A stretch of DNA of 51,967 nt from a virus (IMGVR_UViG_3300028999_000002), one strand, 5' to 3'; numbered from the stretch's first letter, positions 21,315-30,434 are shown. Notes: generated by a model not told the origin, from the sequence alone. Made by a program: numbers and translations.

Positions 21315-22361
21315 TTAGCCAATGCGAACGGTAACAAAACGATTGATGCGGGCCGGTATTGGCTGTGGTGCTGAATGTGTCTGCACATATTCAATAGCCG
21401 GATCACCAGGCACAATATAGTTTTTCGGTGCAAGTTCGGCTTTAGTCAGCCCCATTCGGATTAGCTCCGGATCCTGAATACCGCCATAGGCGACAATCCC
21501 CTGAAGAGCCGTATTGCCAAGCACCATCAAATCAGGATCAAGGAAATGTTTTTCTGTTCCGTCCTCGTCGGTATAACGCCCGCTGTAAACAACAATCGCA
21601 ACATCGCCCATATACCCTTTAAAACTCACCGAATCACCAAGGTCTTTAAGGGCCGTTTCCAGTTCGGAATTAGAACCACGACGGGTATCCAAAGCCTCTT
21701 TTATCGCTCTGAATGAACGGTATTTCTTCCATACATTACCACCCATAATGATGATATTAGTGACGCCCTCACTAAATTCTGCGTAGCTCTCAATATCATC
21801 ATTTGGATCAAAAGTTTCTTTATCCTTACCTGACCACTCAGTACCGCCAGACTGAGTGATGATATTTTGTGGTTTTATATTCCAGTCCAGCTCATAACGT
21901 TCAATACCATCGCCCTCAATGATATTTTTCCCCGTTGTGATTGCCTGAACAGCAAGCCATTCAATACGTGCACGAATAGCTTTAGCCTGATTTACAATCG
22001 CCTGTTTAACTTTAATATTACGCGCCCCAAAAGCATTGTATTGCTCAGGTGACACACCAGCAGGGCGCACAGCTAACTTATTTGGATCAATGCTGCTTTT
22101 CGGCTTCATATAACCTGGACGAATTGTTTTTGATTCGTATCCCTCATCTCGTGAAACTTTACTGCCCACCATAGGAGAGCAAAACGCCGCGATCGGGATA
22201 TTTGGATCGTCGATCGTATCAAGAATAATGTCTCTCGATTCAAACATTACCGAGCGAGTGAAAAACAAACTGGTAAACAACGCATTTAATTTTTTTTGCA
22301 CATCTTCAGCATTAGCCACCTGCACAAGCTGTGTAGGCGAATATAAATCAACCATACTCAT
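21315..22361 (-). CDS. major capsid protein E-like (satellite)
   Basis: Shares ITQSGGTEWS, LDTRRGSNSELETA, GDVAIVVYSG blocks with lambda gpE; start set at MSMVDLY by analogy with lambda MSMYTT (the next Met two codons on is equally possible). Confidence 0.85.
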   Translation of the reverse strand: MSMVDLYSPTQLVQVANAEDVQKKLNALFTSLFFTRSVMFESRDIILDTIDDPNIPIAAFCSPMVGSKVSRDEGYESKTIRPGYMKPKSSIDPNKLAVRPAGVSPEQYNAFGARNIKVKQAIVNQAKAIRARIEWLAVQAITTGKNIIEGDGIERYELDWNIKPQNIITQSGGTEWSGKDKETFDPNDDIESYAEFSEGVTNIIIMGGNVWKKYRSFRAIKEALDTRRGSNSELETALKDLGDSVSFKGYMGDVAIVVYSGRYTDEDGTEKHFLDPDLMVLGNTALQGIVAYGGIQDPELIRMGLTKAELAPKNYIVPGDPAIEYVQTHSAPQPIPARINRFVTVRIG

Positions 22362-22572
22362 CCTCTTTACATTCATTACAAATAATTGTGAATATATTCT
22401 ATTACCGATGTCTGCTATGCGAATACATGCAACCAAGTGCAATGTTGTATAAAATATGCCGTAACAACTTCAGTGCTGATAATTCGTGTTAATGTATTTA
22501 CTTCCTTTGGTCGGGATTTATGTAGCATGCCGGAAAATCTATTTTTTTCCGGCATCTTTTTGTTTGCAGAAT

Positions 22573-22995
22573 TTAAAACGGTATATTATCGCCGTACGGA
22601 TCATCATTCCCCGACTGTTGTTTTGCCCTGTTCAGTGCGTCAGTGGCCTGCCCCTGCTGGCCTTTTTTGCCGCCCGGTCGCGCCGTTCGCGCACTGATTA
22701 CGCTGTCTGCGATAACCTGCCAGCCCCGCCGAGTTTCGCCGTTCTGGCCTGTCCACTGGCTTACCTGCATGTTACCCGCCACGCTCACCAGTTCGCCTTT
22801 GTGGTGTTTTGCCAGTGCGTCGGCCTGTCTGCCAAACGCCAGGACGGATAACCACATCGTCGCCGTTCCGTCATCTGCCTGGCTGCACGGCAGGGGAACC
22901 GCCATACTCGCCATCGCCATTTGTGTCCCTTTGCTGGTGGTCTTTAACTGCGGGTCAGCCACCAGCCGCCCGTAAGCCGCTATCTGTGCTGTCAT
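22573..22995 (-). CDS. SSB-like single-stranded DNA-binding protein (satellite)
   Basis: 140 aa with an OB-fold-like N-terminus and the SSB-type acidic tail ending …DDPYGDNIPF. Confidence 0.55.
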   Translation of the reverse strand: MTAQIAAYGRLVADPQLKTTSKGTQMAMASMAVPLPCSQADDGTATMWLSVLAFGRQADALAKHHKGELVSVAGNMQVSQWTGQNGETRRGWQVIADSVISARTARPGGKKGQQGQATDALNRAKQQSGNDDPYGDNIPF

Positions 22996-23306
22996 GCTGT
23001 CTGCTCTCCGGTTTTAACATTGATGGTTGTCACCTGTTCCGCTTCGGCAATCTCCCGTTCTGTCAGCGTGGCAAAGTTTGCCGCTGCTGTGGTCATGAAT
23101 GCGCTTATCAGGTCGGGATGTTCCTTCGCGTATCCTGCCCGTGTGTGGTGGTCTATCGCTTTGATTGCCACCTTTAAGGAAAGCTCTGTCATGTCTAACG
23201 CTTTATATTTTGCCTGTGTTCTGTCTCTGCGAATTTTGGTCATTTGTCGCCCCTGATTCATGTTTTCGGCTGGCATGTTTGTTAAGTGATTTTTATGTAT
23301 GCGCAT
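22992..23306 (-). CDS. hypothetical protein (satellite)
   Basis: 104-aa ORF overlapping the SSB-like start by 4 nt; no recognisable family. Confidence 0.4.
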   Translation of the reverse strand: MRIHKNHLTNMPAENMNQGRQMTKIRRDRTQAKYKALDMTELSLKVAIKAIDHHTRAGYAKEHPDLISAFMTTAAANFATLTEREIAEAEQVTTINVKTGEQTA

Positions 23307-23329
23307 TTATTTTCACCCCCCCCTCGTTT

Positions 23330-23585
23330 AAAAAGTTTTTAGTTGTGCCTCCCCCCCTCTACCCATCTACCCGAATGCTCATCATGTCAGTAATAGCGCG
23401 GCTTTCAGCGGGTAGATAGCTTTTTGACTCCTCTACCTGCCGTCTACCCTGCTACCTGAAACTGATAAAATCAGGTAGAAGAGGTAGAGAGCTTTTATTA
23501 GCCTTCTACCTAGCCCTATACCCACTTATCATGTTGAATAATATGCGTTTATTTTGTTCAGGTAGATGGGGTAGATGGCTTTTAC
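23330..23585. repeat. iteron array (GGTAGA / TCTACC hexamers in both orientations, C-runs): putative satellite replication origin
   Basis: About 11 copies of the hexamer in 250 bp immediately 3' of the primase gene. Confidence 0.65.
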
Positions 23586-23591
23586 AAAAAA

Positions 23592-25346
23592 TTATAAAAA
23601 CGCGTCGCAATCGTCTGTTGTAATTGCGTTGGTCTGCGTTACTCCCTTAACTTTTCGCGTAATATATTCATGCCCGTAAACTTTCGCCGCTGGCTTCATG
23701 GCCTTGCTGAACTCAGCCACGTTTAGCGGTTTGCTCCTGCCCGCGTATGCCATAAACGCCAGATAGACGCGGTAAAGGCTGTTCCTGGTCGTGTACTTCA
23801 CTGAATCACCACCGCCACCCATCATCAGGCCGCGCGCTTCCTCCAGAAAATTCAGGAACTGGCAAAACTCAATAACCGGATCCGTCTGTTGCTTTATTGC
23901 CAGTGCTTCATCACCGTCACGCTGTTCCAGTAGTAAAGCCCGTGCCTTCTCAGGGTCGGTAAAGTTCGCCAGCAATCGGCGGATAATAACGGGGATTTCA
24001 GCCGCAATCTTTTCCGGTAGCTCCCTGTCTTTTTCGGCCTCACTGACGATATTGTCGAAACGGAAAATCACGCGACGACGTGCCACACCTCCGGCCCGTT
24101 CGGTGAATATCATCGGGTTGTTGTTGGTCGCCAGCACCACCGCCCTGATTACCGCCGTGAAACGCTTTTCATATTTCGGGTTAATTTCCACGGGGTCGCC
24201 GCCTGTGATTTTCTTGATGCCCGTTCCTTCGCCTGTATATTTCGGCTGGTCAGCCAGGACGATAAGACGACTCCCGACAACCTGCGCACGTCCACCAGCA
24301 TCATCAAGCGATGTCATTTCAGCGCTTACCGTGTTCTGTTTCCCTGCCAGAAGGCTGGCTATGTGTGTGAATGTACTTTTACCGCTCCCGCCGTCTCCGG
24401 TGGCCTCAATAAACATCTGCCAGTCGTACCGGTTCGCCATAATCATGTACAGCGCGGCACATATACGCATCATCTTGCGCGGGTCTTTTCCGGCTGCGTG
24501 CTCAAGCCATTTATGAAAGTTTGGCGCGTTATCGCGGATGTTCTCCCCTGGTGCTGGTGGCGTGTACTCAATGCCGTTGTGCGTGGTGATCCAGTTCTCC
24601 GGCGTGTGCGGGGAAAATTCCCCCGTTTTCAGGTCAAGCGCACCATTGGCGAACGGCAGCAAATCGCCAGACGGCTCGCCCATTGGTTCGGCAATAACTT
24701 TTAACGCTTCCACGGCGTTATTGATTACGCGCTTGCTGAAAGTGGCCCTGTGCTCTGAATAGATCGCCACCATTTCGCGGCTAAGTTCCATTGTGCTGAC
24801 CGGACACCATACCCCGCCGCGCCATACGTGAACGATTTCACTTTCAGGATGTACGCAAACGCCATCAAAGCGATCGGCAAGCAACTGCGCGCGCTCACTG
24901 TCCGCCATCTGCGAAAGTTGCGCCTTTTGCTTTACCGGAAGCTCAATGACCAGACCATCAGAAAGATTCTGGCGTTCACGGGCCAGATATTCGCGCCAGT
25001 TCTGCACCTCCTGGCCGTGCATACCCTCAGGATAAAAATTTGCATCCTGTACGCCTGCTGCCGCCAGCTTCTGACCAATCGCCTTTATCATTACAGGCGC
25101 AAGATATCCGGCCCTGTATATGCGTGCTGATTTTCGGCCTTCCGGCACAATTTGCAGATTATCCAGTTCGGATAGCTGCTGCTCCCCAAGCCACACAGGA
25201 GGCTCATTATCTCCGGCCATACGCGCATCATGTTCCTGCCATTGTTTCGCGTGTGCCCAGGCATCACTACCCGCAAAAATAATGACTTCTGTTCCTTTGT
25301 GTTTTATGCCGCGTGACTGCTGTTTTACGTTCGGTGCCAGTTTCAT
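23592..25346 (-). CDS. primase / replication initiator with P-loop NTPase (D5-like helicase) domain (satellite pri-rep)
   Basis: 584 aa with Walker A …ATGDGGSGKST… and the overall architecture of phage/satellite primase-helicases. Confidence 0.8.
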   Translation of the reverse strand: MKLAPNVKQQSRGIKHKGTEVIIFAGSDAWAHAKQWQEHDARMAGDNEPPVWLGEQQLSELDNLQIVPEGRKSARIYRAGYLAPVMIKAIGQKLAAAGVQDANFYPEGMHGQEVQNWREYLARERQNLSDGLVIELPVKQKAQLSQMADSERAQLLADRFDGVCVHPESEIVHVWRGGVWCPVSTMELSREMVAIYSEHRATFSKRVINNAVEALKVIAEPMGEPSGDLLPFANGALDLKTGEFSPHTPENWITTHNGIEYTPPAPGENIRDNAPNFHKWLEHAAGKDPRKMMRICAALYMIMANRYDWQMFIEATGDGGSGKSTFTHIASLLAGKQNTVSAEMTSLDDAGGRAQVVGSRLIVLADQPKYTGEGTGIKKITGGDPVEINPKYEKRFTAVIRAVVLATNNNPMIFTERAGGVARRRVIFRFDNIVSEAEKDRELPEKIAAEIPVIIRRLLANFTDPEKARALLLEQRDGDEALAIKQQTDPVIEFCQFLNFLEEARGLMMGGGGDSVKYTTRNSLYRVYLAFMAYAGRSKPLNVAEFSKAMKPAAKVYGHEYITRKVKGVTQTNAITTDDCDAFL

Positions 25347-25642
25347 TTTTTACCTCTGAATCCGTTAATCATGGTTTTCATTTTCTGGATATTTCCCCAC
25401 GCTTTTTCCCTGCTGATGGGCTTACTGCGGGGTGCGGCATATACCAGGGAAAAATCACGCCGGAACTGATAAACAGGCATCACGCAGTCATAGCTATACC
25501 CCTCACGGCGGTAAGTGATGCGCCGTTCTGCCACGCCTTTAATCGTTACCGTGCCGCCGTATTTATCGCGGTAAATATCGCCGTTCATAAATTCAGGTCG
25601 AGCGGGGCCGCTGGCAATAAAGCCAGAATTTTTCATTTCCAT
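25343..25642 (-). CDS. hypothetical protein (satellite early operon)
   Basis: 99-aa ORF overlapping the primase start by 4 nt. Confidence 0.45.
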   Translation of the reverse strand: MEMKNSGFIASGPARPEFMNGDIYRDKYGGTVTIKGVAERRITYRREGYSYDCVMPVYQFRRDFSLVYAAPRSKPISREKAWGNIQKMKTMINGFRGKK

Positions 25643-25659
25643 ATTATTTATTCCTCGAC

Positions 25660-25881
25660 TTAACTCGACTTATTTGATAGCAGGGCACTATTTATTGCGT
25701 CATTGAGTTTTTCTGCTGATTCATCAATAAGTGACAACAGGCCATAAGCAATATTTGCATCTTCATTGTCATTTATGCAATCAAGCCACATATTTAATAT
25801 TGCTTTTGCTGAATTATTTAAAGTTAATGAACTTTCTGCACATGCTAACAATTTAAAAAAGACTTCCCGTTCTGTATTCAT
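25660..25881 (-). CDS. hypothetical small protein (satellite early operon)
   Basis: 73-aa ORF in a tightly packed co-directional series. Confidence 0.35.
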   Translation of the reverse strand: MNTEREVFFKLLACAESSLTLNNSAKAILNMWLDCINDNEDANIAYGLLSLIDESAEKLNDAINSALLSNKSS

Positions 25882-26073
25882 TTAATCCCCCACCAGCTTA
25901 CTTTCTTCCTCAATCAAAAAACTAGCGACACTTCCCGAAAGACGCGCCAGTAGGCTCGCCAGTGCGGATATATCAGCATCTGTAATTTTGTTCGGGTATA
26001 CCTCAAGAAGGCGGCAAATAATTTCTGTCTGGTGCGCACGTTCAGCGGCTTCGTGTAATGTAATTTCCTGCAT
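25882..26073 (-). CDS. hypothetical small protein (satellite early operon)
   Basis: 63-aa ORF abutting its neighbours. Confidence 0.35.
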   Translation of the reverse strand: MQEITLHEAAERAHQTEIICRLLEVYPNKITDADISALASLLARLSGSVASFLIEEESKLVGD

Positions 26074-26258
26074 TAATGCACCTCTTTTAATTCATACACT
26101 GCTGAAATAATGACTTGTGATAAGCCATATTCTGATGATTCGCTTCTCACCGCAGCAATAGCCGTCTGAACATTAACAGCCTTCACATTCTGAGCGATAC
26201 CAATTGTGTGGCCTATTGGGTTAACAGCTCGGGCAAATACACGGAAGGTTTTAAGCAT
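26073..26258 (-). CDS. hypothetical small protein (satellite early operon, first gene)
   Basis: 61-aa ORF; stop overlaps the next start. Confidence 0.35.
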   Translation of the reverse strand: MLKTFRVFARAVNPIGHTIGIAQNVKAVNVQTAIAAVRSESSEYGLSQVIISAVYELKEVH

Positions 26259-26540
26259 GACTCACTCCCTGGCGGATTTTTGCAGCGAATACAGCAACAC
26301 AACCGGACGGGCAACGGCTACGCGCTTCGCGTTCCGTCCAGGCGGTTACGTGGATGATTTGAGATTCTCCGGCACTCAGTGCCAGAAAACGCCACACAAA
26401 GGCCGTTTGTGTGTGTACAAGGTGTGGTATATGATTTACAGCAACCATAACGGCTCCTAGTTTACGTTGTTGGTTAGACGCCCCGTATGTGTTCCCAGCA
26501 CTGCGGGGCGTTGCTCTTTGTATTTCAACAATCCTTTCGG

Positions 26541-26618
26541 TGTGTTTCATGTTATGAGCGCATGAAACACACGTCAAGGCTTTTTGTATTTCTTTTTTTG
26601 TGTATACTGAAACACACC
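26541..26618. promoter_or_regulatory. divergent promoter/operator region of the satellite with an 11-bp perfect inverted repeat (TGTGTTTCATG n9 CATGAAACACA) and a third half-site
   Basis: IR at 26541-26571; additional TGAAACACACC at about 26608; sits between divergent minus- and plus-strand gene sets. Confidence 0.55.
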
Positions 26619-26638
26619 GATGATTAGGAGTTTCAGAA

Positions 26639-26944
26639 ATGGCAACGGCTAACAAAAACGCAAAATCACAACTGACAACTGTCAGAGTCCCACTAGATGT
26701 TATGCAAGGGATGGAATCCGTTAAGCTGGACGGTGAAAGCAATGCCGGATTTATCGTAACCGCCATGCGCGGAGAAATAGCCCGCCGCCAAGCAGAAGGC
26801 AGCGGAGAAAATCCCCTTGTGTCGTCACTGGATGCCCTGGCTAAGGTCGAACAAATCGGCATCAAAGCAGCCGAGGAGATCGGGCAACTCGTCACCGTCG
26901 CGCGTGAAGAACTCCAGCGACGCAAGGTCAAAGAGCATGAATAG
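26639..26944 (+). CDS. hypothetical small protein, candidate regulator (satellite)
   Basis: 101-aa ORF with AGGAG SD, transcribed divergently from the early operon just downstream of the operator-like IR. Confidence 0.45.
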   Translation: MATANKNAKSQLTTVRVPLDVMQGMESVKLDGESNAGFIVTAMRGEIARRQAEGSGENPLVSSLDALAKVEQIGIKAAEEIGQLVTVAREELQRRKVKEHE

Positions 26945-27001
26945 CCAATATCAGCGCCATAGTTTGAGGAACGCAGGCGCATTGCTTTACAGGACAGCAC
27001 C

Positions 27002-27181
27002 ATGAGCGACACAGAATCAACCAAAACACCATCACCAACTCGTAAGAGACGACGCAAAAATATAGCGCATGAACATGAATCAGAAAGATTCGCACCTTGT
27101 TCGTTTGCTCTTGAGAAATTCCTTAAAGAGCACAGGAAAAAGCTCTCGTTGCAAACCTTGGAACGAACCAAATCTGACTGA
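27002..27181 (+). CDS. hypothetical small basic protein (satellite)
   Basis: 59-aa ORF found by manual translation (below the ORF-track cut-off); Lys/Arg-rich N-terminus. Confidence 0.25.
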   Translation: MSDTESTKTPSPTRKRRRKNIAHEHESERFAPCSFALEKFLKEHRKKLSLQTLERTKSD

Positions 27182-27277
27182 TCACATTGCCCACCAGCCG
27201 CAAATGTGGCATTGTTGGTGATGCTTTTGTTTTCCCTTGTTCCCACTGGCGACCCTTTTGCGGTCGCCTTTGTTTTG

Positions 27278-27856
27278 TCACTGAATGCGGTTACCAAAGT
27301 AAAACTCAGGCTGATATTCACGTATCAGCGTTTTTTCTTCTTCCTCCAGCTCACGCTTTTTGCGCTTACATGCCTGTAGCTCCCTCCCCTTCTCGCTGGC
27401 ACTTATTTGATATTGCTCTTTACGGCGGGAAAAATCCTGTAATGCACCCCACGGGATACCATAAGTCCCCGTTTTTCTGATACCTGGTATCACATTTCTG
27501 AATACCCAGTTACTGAAACGATGAGCAAATGTGCCAGGCGTCGTTGCTTTGCGGCTGCGGGCTATTAGTTTGTAGAAACCTGACTCAGAGATAATTCTCA
27601 TATTCTGATTTCCTCCTGGGGTGTAAGTTAAATTTACTCCCTTTTCATCATCATCAAGCATCTGCAACGCCGTACGCGAATTGGTTAGTTCCAGCGCAGC
27701 ACAAACATCTTTTGCAACAAACCACGGATCGCCGTTCAGATACACCACACGAACGTTCACACTATCAAAGCGCAGAACGACGAGATCACGAATATCGCAG
27801 AATTTTTTCACTGGACGAGCGTACCCCTTGCCCGTCACGGCAATATTTTTATTCAT
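27278..27856 (-). CDS. Bro-N domain protein (antirepressor-like)
   Basis: N-terminal …VVYLNGDPWFVAKDVCAALEL… is a typical Bro-N motif. Confidence 0.7.
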   Translation of the reverse strand: MNKNIAVTGKGYARPVKKFCDIRDLVVLRFDSVNVRVVYLNGDPWFVAKDVCAALELTNSRTALQMLDDDEKGVNLTYTPGGNQNMRIISESGFYKLIARSRKATTPGTFAHRFSNWVFRNVIPGIRKTGTYGIPWGALQDFSRRKEQYQISASEKGRELQACKRKKRELEEEEKTLIREYQPEFYFGNRIQ

Positions 27857-27912
27857 CGCGTTTTTACCTTATAGACAAAAAACCCCTCGTGATGAGGGGC
27901 ATTATTTACTGG

Positions 27913-28170
27913 TTATTGCTGTTTTGTTTTTCCAGGTTTCCACCCAGGATGCCACTCACCACGGATCCATGCCTGAACCTCTGAAAGTCGATACCCTGCA
28001 GCACGTTCACCGATCTTGATACGTCGCGGGAATTTACCTGCCTGCTCCATTTTCCAGCGTGTTGAGTTTGCCAGCGTGGTAAGTGCTATGCACTCTTTTT
28101 CACGAATGAACCGATCAATGTCCTTCATTGTGCGCAAATCGTTTTCATCAACAAGAGAATAAATTGCCAT
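27913..28170 (-). CDS. alpA: AlpA-family transcriptional regulator
   Basis: 85 aa, AlpA-type HTH (…RWKMEQAGKFPRRIKIGERAAGYRLSEVQAWI…), immediately downstream of int as in P4-like and PICI elements. Confidence 0.75.
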   Translation of the reverse strand: MAIYSLVDENDLRTMKDIDRFIREKECIALTTLANSTRWKMEQAGKFPRRIKIGERAAGYRLSEVQAWIRGEWHPGWKPGKTKQQ

Positions 28171-28171
28171 A

Positions 28172-29413
28172 TCACACCACCTCTTTATTAAGCTCGATAA
28201 CGTTGTTGTTAAATCCTGCTATCGTATTAAGGTAATTAACCCACATATTAAGCACCTCAAGTTTTTTCTTTATATGCCTGCTTTTATTGTAAACACCAGC
28301 AACCCCTTTCACTTTATGACCTAAAAGAAGTTCGACAATATAAGGATCCGCCCCCATATCATTAAGCGTAGTGGAAAATGTGCGCCTGAAATCATGTATG
28401 CACCACAAGCCATTAGTATCATGACCAAGACGCCTGCATATTCTGTTTGCAGCCCCTGTTATTGTCGCCCTTTGCAAAGCACAACCGACAACATAACCGC
28501 GATTTTTTGTTTCTGCGTAAAGATTAACGATCCATTGTTTTATTCCGTCAGGAACAGGCCTTACTATAGCCTCCTTGTTTTTGCTGTGCTCTTTTGGGAC
28601 TGTCCATACCCAGTTTTTTAAATCCCATTCGTCCCAGGTGGATAGCCTCGCCTCCTGCTGTCGGCAACCAAACACCAGGCAGATAACCATTATTCTTCGG
28701 TTATATATTGATGACAGAGTTAGCAAATTATTACCGTAAGCATAAGACCATACATCAGCGGTTTCATTGATATTAAGAACGCGATCCCTTATACCGGATG
28801 AGCGCCCGACATAACTTACGTTAATATCTCCAAAGGGATCGCACGCGATGTATTGCCTGACGCGACAAAAACGCAACGCCTGTTTGATATCAAGAAAAAT
28901 TGCACCAGACATAACAGGCGCATTTTTTTTGATCCTGTCAAAGACGGTAAGCCATGTGTGTAATTTGCACTGTTCTATAGCCATATCACCGATATAGGGG
29001 AAGATATGCTTTTCAAATCGTTTTATTAAATATTCATGCTCTTTTCTGGCTGTTGTGGCGTGATTGTCGTACCAGTAAAACAGCGCATCCCTTACGGTCA
29101 CTGGTTGCATAGTTTTTTCGGCAGCAAGTTTTATTTGCCTGCGGGGGTCCAGATTTTCAGCCAGCCATTCACGGCACTGATCACGCATGCGCCTGGCCGT
29201 TGCAAGAGACATGTCAGGATAGCGACCAAGTGTAAGCCATACCGGAGGGGATTCCCTGCCACCAAGACGATAGTAAAAAACAAAGCTGATCCCCCCAACC
29301 ATGCTTACACGCACAGACAACCCGCGCCCATCCGCTATTGTTTTTTGTTTGTCCTGCCGTTTTCCGACAAGACTCTTTAACAGTTTGTCACTGAGTTTGT
29401 TTTCAATAGCCAT
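28172..29413 (-). CDS. tyrosine integrase, P4-type (satellite)
   Basis: 413 aa; P4-family integrase N-terminal domain and C-terminal catalytic region; 5' end about 200 bp from the right junction. Confidence 0.9.
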   Translation of the reverse strand: MAIENKLSDKLLKSLVGKRQDKQKTIADGRGLSVRVSMVGGISFVFYYRLGGRESPPVWLTLGRYPDMSLATARRMRDQCREWLAENLDPRRQIKLAAEKTMQPVTVRDALFYWYDNHATTARKEHEYLIKRFEKHIFPYIGDMAIEQCKLHTWLTVFDRIKKNAPVMSGAIFLDIKQALRFCRVRQYIACDPFGDINVSYVGRSSGIRDRVLNINETADVWSYAYGNNLLTLSSIYNRRIMVICLVFGCRQQEARLSTWDEWDLKNWVWTVPKEHSKNKEAIVRPVPDGIKQWIVNLYAETKNRGYVVGCALQRATITGAANRICRRLGHDTNGLWCIHDFRRTFSTTLNDMGADPYIVELLLGHKVKGVAGVYNKSRHIKKKLEVLNMWVNYLNTIAGFNNNVIELNKEVV

Positions 29414-29433
29414 TAAAAGCCCTCAAGAGATTT

Positions 29434-29485
29434 GCAATACACACCCATCCCGATCGCCAATTTGCAATACACATTGCAATACACA
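29434..29485. repeat. three GCAATACACA repeats between the integrase start and the right att core
   Basis: gcaatacacac … gcaatacaca ttgcaatacaca; same motif as at 18797-18817. Confidence 0.7.
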
Positions 29486-29561
29486 AAACCGCGAAAAACT
29501 GGAAGGGTGATGAACGGTCATCAAAAGCATGGAAAACGACATTCCAGACGCAGCAAGGGTT

Positions 29562-30434
29562 TCAGTGGAGTTGGCGAACGATGCGGGCAACTACGGTGAG
29601 ATGATAGACATAAATCGCCTTCACTATGGCCGACTGAAGCTGTGTTGCCTGCAGGGAATCGAGCATCTTCAGCCGTTCCATGACGCTGTAAAACTGATTA
29701 GCCCCACGGGTCTGCCCGTCCTCCACCGGCTCGAAAATATGCAGCATGGCCGGACGCCCGGTGGGAAGTTCACGCGGGATCCGTTCCCATCGTCCACTAC
29801 CAGAGAACGGAAAATCATCCTCACAGATATGGTACGCGACGGCACGGCCATATCGATCGACCTCCACACCGGCCCGCAGAAAACGGTTCCCCATACCGTG
29901 TCCAGGCGTGTCCACCCGTTTCGGACTCACGGCTTTAAAACGCGTACGGAATAACTGCGTGGTTTCCGTATCCCAGACCGGCTGCACAAAGATTTCGCCG
30001 TTAAACGCATGAACGCCCACACCTTCACGGATAAATTCCGTGAACGTGCGTTTTCCTTCCACGTCGATCTCGCCAAACATCCCTTCGGCGTATTCCGACC
30101 AGGCCGCCTCCACCTCATCGACAAAGCTTTTTGCTGCGGTCTCCCGCATCCCCAGCCAGCGCCAGTTCGGACGGTAGCTGATCAGAAACATATGCCCGAC
30201 AATGTGATCCTTATGCAGAGCCACCGCATTAGCCGCTATTCCGTTATTGCGCACCAGATCATCTGCCCGGGCATTCCCCAGACGCAACGCGGGCAGCAGG
30301 GCCGCATCGGCACTCTGCGCCGGTGGCAACCACTCAGCCATTTGCCCGCCAAATCCTGCACCGCCCCCGTTGTAGCTGAGACTCTCACGAAGCGGAACGC
30401 CGTTCACATCAATCAGGACAGGCGTTCGTTTCAT
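29562..30434 (-). pseudogene. B: portal protein B, N-terminal half (ends in 15 element-derived codons after the junction)
   Basis: Translation matches lambda gpB up to …LQSAIVKA(I)Y, then diverges into element sequence and stops. Confidence 0.9.
29609..29621. repeat. right copy of the 13-bp direct repeat (att core, plus-strand CATAAATCGCCTT)
   Basis: Portal homology ends exactly here; one mismatch to the left copy. Confidence 0.75.

Larger units (their letters stand above)
18723..29608. mobile_element. integrated satellite-like element (about 10.9 kb) inside the prophage portal gene
   Basis: Bounded by the two halves of portal B and a 13-bp direct repeat; own integrase adjacent to the right junction; gene content listed below. 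Confidence 0.8.

Noticed and set aside
26251-27321. 356-aa minus-strand ORF spanning the satellite control region
   Set aside because: Ser/Cys/Ala-rich low-complexity translation, antisense to better-supported plus-strand ORFs and running through the non-coding operator region; no SD or homology.
18797-29485. Possibility that the GCAATACACA repeats represent a CRISPR array
   Set aside because: Only 2-3 copies of a 10-mer with irregular 2-20 bp spacing and no leader; consistent with protein-binding sites, not CRISPR.
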